A DNA stretch of 64,000 nucleotides from Methanoregula sp. (GTDB lineage Archaea; Halobacteriota; Methanomicrobia; Methanomicrobiales; Methanospirillaceae), in assembly GCF_049510915.1 (NCBI RefSeq), contig NZ_JBEKYN010000001.1. One strand, 5' to 3'. Numbering within the stretch: position 1 is the stretch's first letter; the number at the start of each line of letters is the position of its first letter. Shown here piece by piece: positions 48,077 to 59,211 of this stretch. Both the position numbers and the translations under genes were made by a program. Below the pieces are notes generated by a model, which was not told the origin of the DNA, ran no database searches, and saw nothing but the letters and a program-made list of their open reading frames with translations.

Positions 48077-50671
48077 TTAATTGATGGTCAGGCCCTGCAT
48101 GACTGCCGATTCGGGCACGTCAAATGTCGTGTCTGTTCCTTCTATCCGGTATTTCCCGGTGGCTTTTACATCGTAGGGATTACCCGTAGTGGAATAGGGA
48201 ACAATAAATTCACCGTTAATACTCTGCTGGCGGTAGGTGAAGTTCCTGCCGGTGTTTGTCACCAGCGGGATATCGATGATACCGGATCCCTTTATGTGAG
48301 CGCCTTTGACATATTCAAAGATCTTCACGTATTTCACATCGGTCTTGTTCGTGGTGAGTTCGCTCGTCGGGGATTCATGGACAAGACGGTAATGCTGCAG
48401 GGCAGGAACATCCGTGATCGGCAGTACGATGGAAGGGCTGAGTACATCCGCATGGTAGCCGGCCGGGGCGTTCTGGTTGTACTGTGCAGCCCGGGCTGCG
48501 GCAGCAGATGCGTTCATCGCCTCGGCGTTGGTAAGAACCGGGTACGAGACATGCGTAATATTCTGGTCTGCATATTCGACATAATATGCTGCAGTTGCCG
48601 TGGCCATCGACCCATCAAAGTTATGGAGCCGTGAGATCATCGTATTATAGTATGCATTCTCGTTGAGGAGTGCGGATCCATAACTGCTGGAATCCGTCTG
48701 GCCGGGGACAAGCATAGTCATCTGGTAGGGTGCACCAGCTAATGTGGTGTTGAACCAGGTTGCCATCGCCCAGAATTTTCCGGTATCCATCTCAATATCG
48801 GTGATCACGTACCGGGTACCGTCATGATCGAGGATTGCATTGGCCGTCGGCTCATCTATTGCCATGAAGTAGGCCGCTGCGCCATTTGGGCCGTCAACTC
48901 CTGCCTGGAACGGGTTCGCGTTCGGGATTCGTTGTGCGATATAGGTGATCATGTGGCCGTAGTCCCACCAGGACATGACCCCATAGGAGGAATTAGGATA
49001 GGTAAAACTGTTTCTGTCATAGATCGTGTAATAGTTGACCCCGGTCGCCGGGGTGTTGTTTGCCATCCAGTCTAGTGACTCGCGCCAGTCAGAATTCATC
49101 AACAACGGGCTCCCGGATGCGTTGATGTAACTGTACGAGGCGGATGTGGAGACAAAAAGGATGCCAATACCTGCCGATATGACCACCAGTGCGAGGACAA
49201 GGTACTGATGTGTAGCGGATTCTGTATTTTTTTTCTGGGTTTTCTTCTGTTTTTTCCGTTTTATCGCAGGCTCGTCAGCATGTTCGGGAGTCTCGTCCTG
49301 TCCGACACTTTTTGAGATGCCCCTGGCAAGACGGGCAATATCCTCCCGGCCGCATTCATAAACAAAACTCACGCAGATGGCTGAGAGCAATGCGACATTG
49401 ATGGCAAGGTAGTATTCGTACCTGATGTGCTGACATGTTGAGAAAAGTATGACAGCCGACCATACCAGCGTAAAGATTTCGTGGGGGCGGTCCTCACGGA
49501 AGACACTATACAGGATAACCAGTGCCCCGCCGAACATAAGAATAAGTCCATAGTTGAAGGTGGTCCACGCGGCTGCCATGGACCAACCACGGGCTTCCTG
49601 AACGGTGTTTGTTACCGGTGCCTGTCCGAAAAACTGGACGATCGCATCGACGAGCTGGTTGAAGAACTGCGGGCCTGCTATAAACAGAACTGCCGCAAAA
49701 ACCACTGCCAGACCGATGAGCGATAAGGGATAATAGTATTTTGCCTTTCCTTTGAGGTACTTGGAGAGAAGGTACAGGATCGCTGTTCCCGCTATGATGG
49801 CAAGATATGCGTAAACATGCCCGATGGAATAGGTAGAGAGGTCAAGACTGGCGCTTTTAAATCCGAAGATAAGGAGTCCGATGATTGCTACAGCAAAAAT
49901 AATCGTATTTGCCACAAGAAGGTATTCTTCCGATTTCTCGCGGTAAACGCTGATAACAAACTGGATAACCGTAAATATTACGACCATGAGGGCAAACACG
50001 ATCATCGTCGGCATCAATAGAAGACCCAGCATGTACGCAATGCCGGCAAGAACTGACAACAATGCAGTTCTTTTCCATGTTGCAAAGTTTTTCAGGTCGA
50101 TCTTGGCATCCTTCTCTGACAAGAGAATATACAGATACACCAGACAGAACAAGGTTGAAAAGAGCACTTCCCCGATGTGGTGATCAAAGTAACCGTATAG
50201 GGACCGATAGAAAAACTGTCCTGAAACAACCGCCGTAAACCCCGCAGCCAGAAGGCCGGTCTTCCAGTCGCCGCAGACTTTCCCGACATAGTACATCAGG
50301 AGAACGGTTACTGCAGCCATTGCAACTGGTACAAGAAGGCAGATACTGATGATTTCCGGGCGCGTTACGGCTCCTGCGATCAGACAGGCAAATCCGGAAA
50401 TATAGATGAATAACGGCCCCCAGTAGACTGTACTTCCAACGGGATACTGGGTCATCGGGTCAAACCACGTATACGTGAAGTGATTGGCGAGCAGTTGTTC
50501 TACCTGGCGCAGGTTATAGAGCGGGTCGTCACTGCCCACCATCGAGAGGATATCTGTATGGCCCATGGATAGCATAGGCAATACGCGGAGCCAGACCGCA
50601 AAGAGGACAAAAAAAGCGACGAGTCCCGCGATCACCCAGTTCCGGCGGTTTTTAAAATCAAGCTGTACCAT
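48077..50671 (-). CDS. aglB: Archaeal oligosaccharyltransferase AglB (STT3 family)
   Basis: About 13 N-terminal TM helices and the catalytic WWDYGH motif (MSWWDYGHMITY), plus a large C-terminal soluble domain. Confidence 0.93.
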   Translation of the reverse strand: MVQLDFKNRRNWVIAGLVAFFVLFAVWLRVLPMLSMGHTDILSMVGSDDPLYNLRQVEQLLANHFTYTWFDPMTQYPVGSTVYWGPLFIYISGFACLIAGAVTRPEIISICLLVPVAMAAVTVLLMYYVGKVCGDWKTGLLAAGFTAVVSGQFFYRSLYGYFDHHIGEVLFSTLFCLVYLYILLSEKDAKIDLKNFATWKRTALLSVLAGIAYMLGLLLMPTMIVFALMVVIFTVIQFVISVYREKSEEYLLVANTIIFAVAIIGLLIFGFKSASLDLSTYSIGHVYAYLAIIAGTAILYLLSKYLKGKAKYYYPLSLIGLAVVFAAVLFIAGPQFFNQLVDAIVQFFGQAPVTNTVQEARGWSMAAAWTTFNYGLILMFGGALVILYSVFREDRPHEIFTLVWSAVILFSTCQHIRYEYYLAINVALLSAICVSFVYECGREDIARLARGISKSVGQDETPEHADEPAIKRKKQKKTQKKNTESATHQYLVLALVVISAGIGILFVSTSASYSYINASGSPLLMNSDWRESLDWMANNTPATGVNYYTIYDRNSFTYPNSSYGVMSWWDYGHMITYIAQRIPNANPFQAGVDGPNGAAAYFMAIDEPTANAILDHDGTRYVITDIEMDTGKFWAMATWFNTTLAGAPYQMTMLVPGQTDSSSYGSALLNENAYYNTMISRLHNFDGSMATATAAYYVEYADQNITHVSYPVLTNAEAMNASAAAARAAQYNQNAPAGYHADVLSPSIVLPITDVPALQHYRLVHESPTSELTTNKTDVKYVKIFEYVKGAHIKGSGIIDIPLVTNTGRNFTYRQQSINGEFIVPYSTTGNPYDVKATGKYRIEGTDTTFDVPESAVMQGLTIN

Positions 50672-50712
50672 AAAATCTCCTAATTGTGGTTACAAGGTCG
50701 TGTTTTGGGGCA

Positions 50713-51867
50713 TTAATCGTTTGGATGATTCTTGTCAAGCAATCGCGCAAATACAGATTCAAACTGGCGGGCCTTCTCTTTCCAACTGTAGTTTTCCAGA
50801 TTGATACGGTACGTTTCCGGGTTGTCCATCTGGCTTTTAACCTGTGCTATAAATTCGTCCCGTGTCCTGTAGACAAAGAGGTTAGGTCCCCCGATGCGGG
50901 CGACATCCGGTATCGGACGCATGATAATCGGCTTTCCGCAGGCCGAATATTCAAAGAACTTGTTGGGCAGGGCGATATCCACCCACTGGGGTGGAAAGAG
51001 GGGAATTGTGCAGATATCCATACATGCAATATAACGGGGGAGCTTTGAGTAGGGTTTTGTCCCGGTAAAGATCACATGATCGGACACCCCGAGATCCACG
51101 GCAAGGCGCCGGAGATCCTGTTCGTAATCGGTAAACAGTGAGCCGCCCACGACCAGCAGGCGCGTGTTGTTCCGGTACCGGATCAGCTCGGGGAGTACCC
51201 GGATCATCTCGTCGATCGCATACCAGCGCTCGACACTTCCCGCGAAGCCGATGACAAAATCGTCATCCCTGATACCCAGCTCGTGCCGTGTCTGCGATCC
51301 GTCCTGCGGTACGAAGAGTCCCGTGTCGACGCCATTGGTGATCAGTTCTGCGGAGAACCCCAGACCTTTGAGTTTATCGACAAGCGAGGGGGAGACCGTT
51401 GTGATCCTGTCGCTCTGTGCGAGATTTCTCCGGGTGATCTCCCACACACCTTTTCTGACGCACTGCGCGACGAACCTGTTTTTGAAGTAGGCTGCCGCAG
51501 AGTCCGGAAACCAGTCCTTGAGATCGAACACAACCGGAACGTGATATTTTTTTGCTGCATAGATCACGGCAGATCCTGCAAGGACATGGGCCGCAACGAC
51601 AACATCAATCTGGTTGTCCCGGATGATCTTTTTGAAAATATGATAATGATAGGGTGCGTTGAGCGTGTAGTGCAGGAGAGGATTTTGTACCGGGAACTCT
51701 GTGGCCTCTTCCACAATAAGCCGGGTGGGGCGGGTTTCACCCCGACTGACATGGAAATGCGCTACATGCACCTCGTGGCGTCGGGCAAGTTCCTCGAAGA
51801 TGTAGTGGTGCCGCGAGGGGACGGGGTGATGGATGTAATCCTGGGTGGAGACAAGGAGAATCTTCAT
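50713..51867 (-). CDS. GT-B fold glycosyltransferase (family 4/1)
   Basis: 384 aa. C-terminal region with PNKFFEYSACGKPII (EX7E-like). Adjacent to aglB. Confidence 0.8.
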   Translation of the reverse strand: MKILLVSTQDYIHHPVPSRHHYIFEELARRHEVHVAHFHVSRGETRPTRLIVEEATEFPVQNPLLHYTLNAPYHYHIFKKIIRDNQIDVVVAAHVLAGSAVIYAAKKYHVPVVFDLKDWFPDSAAAYFKNRFVAQCVRKGVWEITRRNLAQSDRITTVSPSLVDKLKGLGFSAELITNGVDTGLFVPQDGSQTRHELGIRDDDFVIGFAGSVERWYAIDEMIRVLPELIRYRNNTRLLVVGGSLFTDYEQDLRRLAVDLGVSDHVIFTGTKPYSKLPRYIACMDICTIPLFPPQWVDIALPNKFFEYSACGKPIIMRPIPDVARIGGPNLFVYRTRDEFIAQVKSQMDNPETYRINLENYSWKEKARQFESVFARLLDKNHPND

Positions 51868-51928
51868 GGGTACCTCGTGTTTGCCGGATTAAATGGTAAA
51901 AAGAACCTTTTTTTATCAAGCCCCTCCG

Positions 51929-52534
51929 TTACCGGGGCCTCCTTTTGGCAAGAGCTGACGGCAGATCCTGTATCTTTGCCGGTGCACCAACGGCAAGTGT
52001 GTGCGCCGGTACATCCCGGGATACAATCGCGCCTGCCGCAACGAGTGCCCCCTCACCGATATGGATGCCCGGGAGGATGGTAGCATTGGCACCGATGACG
52101 GCATAGTTCTCGATCACCGGCCCCACAAGCCCACCTATGCCCGAAGGGGGATACCGGTCGTTTGTCAGCACTGCATTCGGGCCAATAAAGACATGATCCC
52201 CGATCGTGGTATTAGTTGGGATATACACCATACTCTGAAGGCTGACATCACTCCCCATCCGGGTGTTCCCCTCAATAATAACCGCAGTGCCGATGGAGAC
52301 CCGGTCCCCGATCCGTGTTTTTTCACGAATCATGACATTGTGCCCGGACTGGAACCGGTCTCCGATGATCACATCGCAGTAGATAATGGTACCTGACCGG
52401 AGTAGCGCATCCTTTCCAATCGTCGTACCGGCAAAGCCGGTTTTTCCGATATGTTCCCGGGAGGGAAACCCCAGCGTCACCGGTTCAAATACCTGCAGGC
52501 CCTCTCCCGTTTTGTTGATCCCGTATTCGATCAT
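51929..52534 (-). CDS. Left-handed beta-helix (hexapeptide-repeat) acyl/acetyltransferase
   Basis: Repeated [LIV]-G-x-x-x-x hexapeptides throughout ([40 protein letters not shown]). Confidence 0.8.
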   Translation of the reverse strand: MIEYGINKTGEGLQVFEPVTLGFPSREHIGKTGFAGTTIGKDALLRSGTIIYCDVIIGDRFQSGHNVMIREKTRIGDRVSIGTAVIIEGNTRMGSDVSLQSMVYIPTNTTIGDHVFIGPNAVLTNDRYPPSGIGGLVGPVIENYAVIGANATILPGIHIGEGALVAAGAIVSRDVPAHTLAVGAPAKIQDLPSALAKRRPR

Positions 52535-54273
52535 TCTACCGTCACACTCTTTGCAAGGTTTCGTGGCTTGTCAATGTCCCGCTCCAGTGCCACTGCGGTC
52601 TGATATGCAAGAATCTGAAGCACGACGAGGCTTGTGAGTACCTGGACAAAGGGGTGTGTCTTTGGCAGAGGGATGAACCGGTCGATGATATCTGGCAGCT
52701 CCTGGTCTCCATCGCTCCCGACCGCGATGACCGGGGCCCCCCGGGCTTTGATCTCCTTGATATTGGAGACCATCACCCCGTAGGTCTCTCCGGGCATGCA
52801 GATAGCAATAACCGGTGTTTCCGGTGAGAGGAGGGCAAAGGGTCCATGTTTTAACTCCCCTGCCGCATATCCCTCTGCATGGATGTAGGAGATCTCCTTC
52901 ATCTTGAGGGCGCCTTCCAGCGCGACCGGATAGAAAGGGCCCCGCCCGATGTAAAAGATACTCTCTGCACTCCTGCACTGTTCAACAGCCGCTGAGAGAT
53001 CCATCAGGAGTACCTCTTCTATTGCCTCATGCGCGTGCAAGAGAATCTCCTCGTACCTGCCCTCAGAGCGGGCATCAATGATCTGCATGAGAACCGCCAG
53101 CTGGGCGACAAAGGATTTGGTGGCTGCGACGCTGATCTCGGGCCCTGCACGCATAAAGAGCGTGGCATCGGCAACCCTGCTCACGGAACTGCCGAGAACA
53201 TTTGTTATGGCAAGGGTTCGGCAATTATGTACCCGCGCCTGCCTGAGTGCAGTCAGCGTATCCGCCGTTTCTCCCGACTGTGTGATCCCGATCACGAGAC
53301 CGTCTACAGGCGGGAGAAAATACCTGAATTCCGAAGCAAAATCCACACGTGCAGGTACCCCGCAGGACTCTTCGAGCAGGTATTTGAAGATAAGCCCGGC
53401 ATGGTACGATGAACCGCAAGCGACAACGGTCACTGATGAGGACTGGCAGACAAATTCCGGGAGGGAACTTTTGTCGACTGCCTGTATTGTGTTGAAGAAT
53501 GCCTGCGGTTGTTCGTAGATCTCCTTGAGCATGTAATGGGCGAAACCGCCTTTCCTGACTTCTTCGGGTGACCAGTCGATCAGTTCCACCGGGCGGCTCA
53601 CCGGTCGGGCATCCTGATAAATATCCACGCCGTTCCCGGTCAGGCAGGCAATATCCCCGTCTTCGAGAAAGATTGCACGCTCCGTGTACTCCAATACGGG
53701 TGTCATATCCGACGCGGCAAAATATTCTTTGTCGCCGATCCCCAGCACCAGCGGACTTTCTTTCCGAGCCGCGATCAGGCAGTCTGCCCCGGATGCAATA
53801 ACCAGAAGCGCGTACGAACCTTTGAGACGTGGAAGTGCGCCCCGGACTGCGGACAGCAGATCCGGTGTTTTTGCATACTGTTCCTCGATAAGGTGAACCA
53901 CGACCTCCGTGTCGGTTTCTGACCGGAAGATGTGTCCCTTTGCAGCCAGCTCTTTTTTTAGTTCTGCATAATTTTCGATGATCCCGTTGTGAACTATAGC
54001 GATCCGGTTGTTGCAGTCCATGTGCGGGTGAGCATTTACATCATTTGGAACACCATGCGTTGCCCACCGTGTGTGACCTATGCCAATGGTGCCGTTCAAC
54101 CGTATCCCGCCGGCATATTCCGAGATCCGGCCTTTGTGTTTGTCAATCTCAATGTGGCTTCCCAGCGTTGCAATCCCAAACGAGTCATATCCCCGGTATT
54201 CGAGTTTTTTTAAGCTATCGAGGATCAGGGGTGCTGCCTGCCGCCTGCCAATGTACCCCACAATCCCGCACAC
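52531..54273 (-). CDS. glmS: Glutamine--fructose-6-phosphate aminotransferase
   Basis: N-terminal nucleophile MCGIVGYIG, two SIS domains and the C-terminal AKSVTVE. Confidence 0.96.
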   Translation of the reverse strand: MCGIVGYIGRRQAAPLILDSLKKLEYRGYDSFGIATLGSHIEIDKHKGRISEYAGGIRLNGTIGIGHTRWATHGVPNDVNAHPHMDCNNRIAIVHNGIIENYAELKKELAAKGHIFRSETDTEVVVHLIEEQYAKTPDLLSAVRGALPRLKGSYALLVIASGADCLIAARKESPLVLGIGDKEYFAASDMTPVLEYTERAIFLEDGDIACLTGNGVDIYQDARPVSRPVELIDWSPEEVRKGGFAHYMLKEIYEQPQAFFNTIQAVDKSSLPEFVCQSSSVTVVACGSSYHAGLIFKYLLEESCGVPARVDFASEFRYFLPPVDGLVIGITQSGETADTLTALRQARVHNCRTLAITNVLGSSVSRVADATLFMRAGPEISVAATKSFVAQLAVLMQIIDARSEGRYEEILLHAHEAIEEVLLMDLSAAVEQCRSAESIFYIGRGPFYPVALEGALKMKEISYIHAEGYAAGELKHGPFALLSPETPVIAICMPGETYGVMVSNIKEIKARGAPVIAVGSDGDQELPDIIDRFIPLPKTHPFVQVLTSLVVLQILAYQTAVALERDIDKPRNLAKSVTVE

Positions 54274-54274
54274 G

Positions 54275-55429
54275 TCATATCACCAGGGAATTGTCCGGGA
54301 TGACCCGGGAGCACACATCCCGGTTTCCTTCCAGGGTGACATTGTTCCCGATGATGCAGTTCTTGAACCGGACAAATGAACCGCTTTTTACATTATCTCC
54401 TATAATGGCCCCGAACTCCGAGAGGGTCGGGAAACCCTCGATCTCCAGAATGCCTCTTGTCATATATATCGAGGTATGATCAGCTAGCGTACAGCGTTCG
54501 CCGATAACGGAATCCATGATGCGGGAGTGCGAGGAGATCGTTGTGTCATCCATAACGATCGTGTTCCCAATCAGGCTCATTGGCTCAATAGTGACCCGGG
54601 ACCCGATACTTGTATCGGACAGGATAACGCAGTTCGGCCCGATCGTGCAGTTGTTTCCGATGATAACCGGGCCCGAGATCACGGTATTCGGACCGATGGT
54701 CGTTCCTTTTCCGATATGGACCGGCCCGTTGATCGTGGCATGGCGGCTGGACGTGCCTTCCCGTGCCACAGGAAGATGTTTAAGAAGGCGCTGGTTCATT
54801 ATGAGCAGATCCCACGGGTAGATTGCATCCTGCCAGTCGTCAGCGGTAATAGCATTGATGATAGTACCGGATTCTATCATGCAGGCAATAGCATCCGTCA
54901 TATTATTGCCACGGACATACCGGAAAAAGTCTCTATTTAACGAATATATCCCGGTGCTTACCAGGAAACTGGGCGCATGGGCCGGCTTTTCCACGATGCT
55001 GTCCACACGTCCATCCTGAATTGACACTACGCCGAAATTGGAGGGACTGAGGTGTTCTTTTATGAGGATGGCGTTTTTGACGTCCTTAATCTTTGCCACC
55101 GAATGCGTGTCGATATAATTGTCACCGGGCAGGAGCAGGAAATCACCCGTGATACGGGATTCCGCCTGCTGGAGTGCATGGGCTGTCCCGAGTTGCTTTT
55201 CCTGGACGACGACCTCAATGGGCAGATCGAGCTGGTTTAAAAACCGTGTCACCTGCTCCTTCCTGTATCCGACAACGACAATAATGTCGCGGATGCCATT
55301 TTTTACGAGCGCATCGATCGTATACGCGATGATAGGGCGGTTTGCTACCGGGATCATCGATTTTGGCCGGCTCCATGTGAGTGGGCGGACCCGTTTCCCC
55401 TCTCCTGCTGCCAGAATGACTGCCTGCAT
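54275..55429 (-). CDS. Sugar-1-phosphate nucleotidyltransferase/acetyltransferase, GlmU-like (copy 1)
   Basis: N-terminal LAAGEGKRVRPLT nucleotidyltransferase motif and C-terminal hexapeptide repeats. Confidence 0.85.
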   Translation of the reverse strand: MQAVILAAGEGKRVRPLTWSRPKSMIPVANRPIIAYTIDALVKNGIRDIIVVVGYRKEQVTRFLNQLDLPIEVVVQEKQLGTAHALQQAESRITGDFLLLPGDNYIDTHSVAKIKDVKNAILIKEHLSPSNFGVVSIQDGRVDSIVEKPAHAPSFLVSTGIYSLNRDFFRYVRGNNMTDAIACMIESGTIINAITADDWQDAIYPWDLLIMNQRLLKHLPVAREGTSSRHATINGPVHIGKGTTIGPNTVISGPVIIGNNCTIGPNCVILSDTSIGSRVTIEPMSLIGNTIVMDDTTISSHSRIMDSVIGERCTLADHTSIYMTRGILEIEGFPTLSEFGAIIGDNVKSGSFVRFKNCIIGNNVTLEGNRDVCSRVIPDNSLVI

Positions 55430-55440
55430 AATTTTTCTCC

Positions 55441-56640
55441 CTACCAGATAACTGAGTTCTCTCCAAAATTCCCTTTAATGTATGAACCGGGCGCGAAAGC
55501 CGCATTACTGCCGATTACCGAACCGACGTTGACCGAACAGTTGATCCCAAACCGTACGTTATCCCCGATAACAGCACCAAACTTGGTGCGCCGGGTATCC
55601 TTTCCGCCGACCTGGACCGGGGCATGGTCGTGCCGGAGGTTTGCGATCTTCGTCCCAGCACCGAAGTTGCACTCGCTCCCGATGACTGAATCCCCGACAT
55701 AGTTGAAATGGGGTATCTTTGACCCCGTCATAATGATGGAATTTTTGAGTTCCGTGCAGTGTCCTATATGGCAATTGTCACCTATGCTCGTTGCTCCCCG
55801 GATGTATGCGTGGGGACCGATCCGGCAGTTATTGCCGATAACGCAGGGACCTTCGATGTATGTCCCAGATTTTACCACCGTCCCTTCTCCAATGATTACC
55901 GGGCCTGACAGGTGCACGTCTTCCTCTATGGTTCCATGATTCTCCGATACAAGTGATGTCATCAGGGCCGTGTTTGCATCGAGTAAATCCCAGGGATAGC
56001 CAACGTCCATCCATGTCGAGAGTGGAAAGGCCCGGAGCCGGTGCTCGCCAATCAGGATATTGAGGGCATCGGTCAGTTCGAGTTCTCCGCGAGACGAAAG
56101 TCCGACCCGCGCCAGCAGGTCAAAAATATCCGGGGTAAAAAGGTATGCACCGGCGTTTATAATGTTGGATCTGGGCTGTTTGGACTTCTCTTCGAGAGCC
56201 GTGACCAGACCATTCTCTACGAGGACAACGCCGAAATCCCCCGGATGATCAGTCGTACTCGTACTTATACAGGGAGGCGGGGCCCGGATCAGGCGGGCGA
56301 TATCAGCGCTCGTGAGGATCATGTCCCCGTTCATGGCAAGGAACGGCCCGGTAATAAGATCCTGTGCGGAACGGAGCGCATCGGCCGTGCCCAGCTGCTG
56401 GCGCTGCGGGGCATACGAGATGTGGATCCCGAAGTGCGACCCGTCCCCGAAGTGATGCCGGACTTCACGTTCCCCGTACCCGACCACAAATACAAAGTCG
56501 GTTATACCGGCATCCCGGGCCGCCAGCACGAGATGCTCCATTATCGGGCGGTTCGCCACCGGAAGCATCACTTTCGGGCGCCGGGCGGTGAGGGGACGCA
56601 TGCGTTTTCCTTCACCGGCTGCCAGCACAACGCATTCCAT
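55441..56640 (-). CDS. Sugar-1-phosphate nucleotidyltransferase/acetyltransferase, GlmU-like (copy 2)
   Basis: N-terminal LAAGEGKRMRPLT and C-terminal hexapeptide repeats. Paralogue of the adjacent gene. Confidence 0.85.
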   Translation of the reverse strand: MECVVLAAGEGKRMRPLTARRPKVMLPVANRPIMEHLVLAARDAGITDFVFVVGYGEREVRHHFGDGSHFGIHISYAPQRQQLGTADALRSAQDLITGPFLAMNGDMILTSADIARLIRAPPPCISTSTTDHPGDFGVVLVENGLVTALEEKSKQPRSNIINAGAYLFTPDIFDLLARVGLSSRGELELTDALNILIGEHRLRAFPLSTWMDVGYPWDLLDANTALMTSLVSENHGTIEEDVHLSGPVIIGEGTVVKSGTYIEGPCVIGNNCRIGPHAYIRGATSIGDNCHIGHCTELKNSIIMTGSKIPHFNYVGDSVIGSECNFGAGTKIANLRHDHAPVQVGGKDTRRTKFGAVIGDNVRFGINCSVNVGSVIGSNAAFAPGSYIKGNFGENSVIW

Positions 56641-56663
56641 AGGTACAGCTCCTCCTGCAATAG

Positions 56664-57914
56664 TTAAGCAGTTTTCGCCTGCCGTACGAGGGTTTTTGCC
56701 TGTTCCAGCATTTCCTTTGCTCCTGGGAGCGTGGTGCCTTCAGCAGTAATCCGGATCTTGGGCTCGGTCCCGCTGGCCCTTATGAGATACCAACCGTTTT
56801 CCCGTGCAACGCGGATACCATCAGTCGGGTTTGCTGTGCCAAGACCGGTAACGATCTGGCGTGCCCTCTCGTTTTGGATCGATTCCCGGAGGATCGGGTA
56901 AGCTGGCATGGCATCCAGCCTTTCAGCGACATCGCAGCCTGTTGCGATCTCGCAGAACAGGGCTGCGGCAAAGGGACCGTCGGGGCAGTACGAGTGGTGC
57001 GGGAAGATCCAGGCACCGCTTGGTTCTCCCCCGAAATCGCCCCACGAAAGCAGTTCTTCGGACACAAATGCATCCCCCACGGGGGTGCGGTGAACCTCTG
57101 CAATCTCCTCGATGATCATGGACGCATCGCTCGTTGTGACCACTTTTTTGGCGCCAAGGTGCTCGGCAAAGAGCATGAGCAGGTGATCGCCGTCAATATA
57201 CCGGCCTTTGTTGTCAAACGCCATCATGCGGTCGGCATCGCCATCGTGAACGACCGCGCAGCCCGCCCCCGTCTTTTTTACCATCTCTCCTACGTATCCC
57301 AGGTATTCCTTGAGTGGTTCAGAGGGACGGGCAAAATGCCCGGCCGGATTGCAGGAAAGGCAGACCGGTTTTGCCCCGGCATCTGTTAAAAGGCCGGGCG
57401 TCAGCACGGAACCGGCACCGTTCCCGCAGTCGACGACGACCGAAATGCCGGGATCGATGGAGACTGCATCCAGGATCGCTTTTTTATGGGGCGTGAGTGC
57501 ATCGAAGGAAGATTCTGTACCCTGGTGCTGCCAGTCGGCCCGGTGCGGTTCTTTGAGAAATTCCTCTACTTCTTTCTGCTGGGCCTGCGTGAACGAAGAA
57601 CCGTCGGGGTTAAACAGTTTTATCCCGTTGTAATCTTCGGGGTTGTGGGATGCGGTGATCATGCACCCGGCCGTAGCGGTGCGGGCGCTGTACGCGACAG
57701 AAGGTGTGGGGGCGATTCCCGTGAAGCGTGCGTGTCCCCCTGCACCCAGTATGCCCGCAAGTATCGTCCGGGCAAGCAGCGGGCTTGTGGTCCGGGTGTC
57801 GGTTCCTACAATACAATCAGGGAATCGTTCCCCCATGACCGCACCGACCACAAGTGCTGTGTCGACAAGCGACCGGTCAAACCGCTGACGGATCCCAGAA
57901 GACCCAAAAAGCAT
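56664..57914 (-). CDS. glmM: Phosphoglucosamine mutase / phosphohexomutase
   Basis: FGSSGIR start, active-site ITASHNPEDYNGIK and metal site HDGDADR. Confidence 0.9.
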   Translation of the reverse strand: MLFGSSGIRQRFDRSLVDTALVVGAVMGERFPDCIVGTDTRTTSPLLARTILAGILGAGGHARFTGIAPTPSVAYSARTATAGCMITASHNPEDYNGIKLFNPDGSSFTQAQQKEVEEFLKEPHRADWQHQGTESSFDALTPHKKAILDAVSIDPGISVVVDCGNGAGSVLTPGLLTDAGAKPVCLSCNPAGHFARPSEPLKEYLGYVGEMVKKTGAGCAVVHDGDADRMMAFDNKGRYIDGDHLLMLFAEHLGAKKVVTTSDASMIIEEIAEVHRTPVGDAFVSEELLSWGDFGGEPSGAWIFPHHSYCPDGPFAAALFCEIATGCDVAERLDAMPAYPILRESIQNERARQIVTGLGTANPTDGIRVARENGWYLIRASGTEPKIRITAEGTTLPGAKEMLEQAKTLVRQAKTA

Positions 57915-57955
57915 GTATGATGGTGGGCGTTTTGCATAAAAAGAGTTTTAGCTTT

Positions 57956-58594
57956 TTACCGTGACGGGTCGGGGACGGATGCCGGCACCTGCATCCCGTA
58001 CGGGCACCAGTGCTCCTGCTGCTGGAGCCGGCAGACACCCGATGTGGACGGTCCGAGGAAGATGATGCGTTTTCTCTCCTTCCATGTTGTCACCAAGTCT
58101 CCGACGCCCGGTTCAATTATCCCCTCGTTGTTGACAAGGATCGTATCGGCTTCGCCAATATCGGCAGTCACGGAAATACCACATGCCCGCTCCAGTACCG
58201 GCATCTTTCCGACACAAAATACGCGGTGCCCGCTGAGTGTTTCCGTCAGTTCACGCAGGCAGGCGGCATGCGATGCGACCGGGCTGGCATGCAGCACCCG
58301 GGAGAGGCAGTAGAACCCGGTAGCAACGTTGATAATGGCGCACGCGGCGCTGCGGACGCCGGGCGTTTCAAGGGGCGCCCCGAACATAAACGAGATCTTT
58401 GTCATCGCGCGAATGGGGTTGTCCGTGACAAACTCCGCGCTGCGCCCCCCGAACGATGCGATCATGCAGGCGCCCCGCTCGAACTGGCAGGTCTTCGCAT
58501 CGGGATCTACGTCGAGGCGAACCCCGGTCTCCTCGCAGCCGCTGTGCCGGAGGATCTCTTCGAGCCGGTTGACTGAGTCCGTGATAATATCCAT
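57956..58594 (-). CDS. Hypothetical protein, DUF364-like Rossmann domain
   Basis: VFCVGKMP ... ADTILVNNEGII ... IIFLGPSTS resembles the DUF364 putative chelation-domain layout. 1-nt overlap with the upstream cyclase gene. Confidence 0.5.
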   Translation of the reverse strand: MDIITDSVNRLEEILRHSGCEETGVRLDVDPDAKTCQFERGACMIASFGGRSAEFVTDNPIRAMTKISFMFGAPLETPGVRSAACAIINVATGFYCLSRVLHASPVASHAACLRELTETLSGHRVFCVGKMPVLERACGISVTADIGEADTILVNNEGIIEPGVGDLVTTWKERKRIIFLGPSTSGVCRLQQQEHWCPYGMQVPASVPDPSR

Positions 58595-59208
58595 TACCTC
58601 CCCCCATCTTTTTGCATGAGCACGACCCGGGCAGGTGCACCATCGATGCCGGCCAGCCGCAAAGGCAGGGCTGCCATTTCGTACTCCCCCTCTCTTACAC
58701 CGGAGAGATCGAGGAGTTCGATGATGATGCAGCCGTGGCCCAGCAGCTCCCGGTGTACCGACCCGTCACAGACAAATGCCTCGATCGAGAACGAATCGAT
58801 CCCGACGCAGAGGGTGCCGTTTGCCATGAGCAGTTCCGCTGCACCGGACGTGAGGTGTGGGTAATCCTCCCGGAACCGGTTCTCCCCGGAGAACCTCGTT
58901 TTCAAAAGGATACGTTTCGCAGTACCAATCCTCCCTGTGAGGTCTGCTGCCGTTATGGCACTACCGGCACTGCTTACATCCAGCACCCGACACGGGCCGA
59001 TCAGGTGATCGAGCGGGACCGTATCAATGGTGTCCCCGGTTTTTAAGTAATGAACCGGGGCATCGATATGGGTGCCCGAGTGGCTGTTCATGCGCACGTC
59101 GCTTATCAGGTACAGCCCTGCATCCCGCTGGGAAAACTGCGGAGGAGTATCCCCGGGATAGGATACCGTTTTTTCCGAAAGCGGGCGCGTGATGTCGATA
59201 ATTCTCAT
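58594..59208 (-). CDS. Cyclase-family protein (kynurenine-formamidase-like)
   Basis: HSGTHIDAPVH metal motif and length typical of the putative-cyclase family. Confidence 0.8.
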   Translation of the reverse strand: MRIIDITRPLSEKTVSYPGDTPPQFSQRDAGLYLISDVRMNSHSGTHIDAPVHYLKTGDTIDTVPLDHLIGPCRVLDVSSAGSAITAADLTGRIGTAKRILLKTRFSGENRFREDYPHLTSGAAELLMANGTLCVGIDSFSIEAFVCDGSVHRELLGHGCIIIELLDLSGVREGEYEMAALPLRLAGIDGAPARVVLMQKDGGR

Positions 59209-59211
59209 GGT

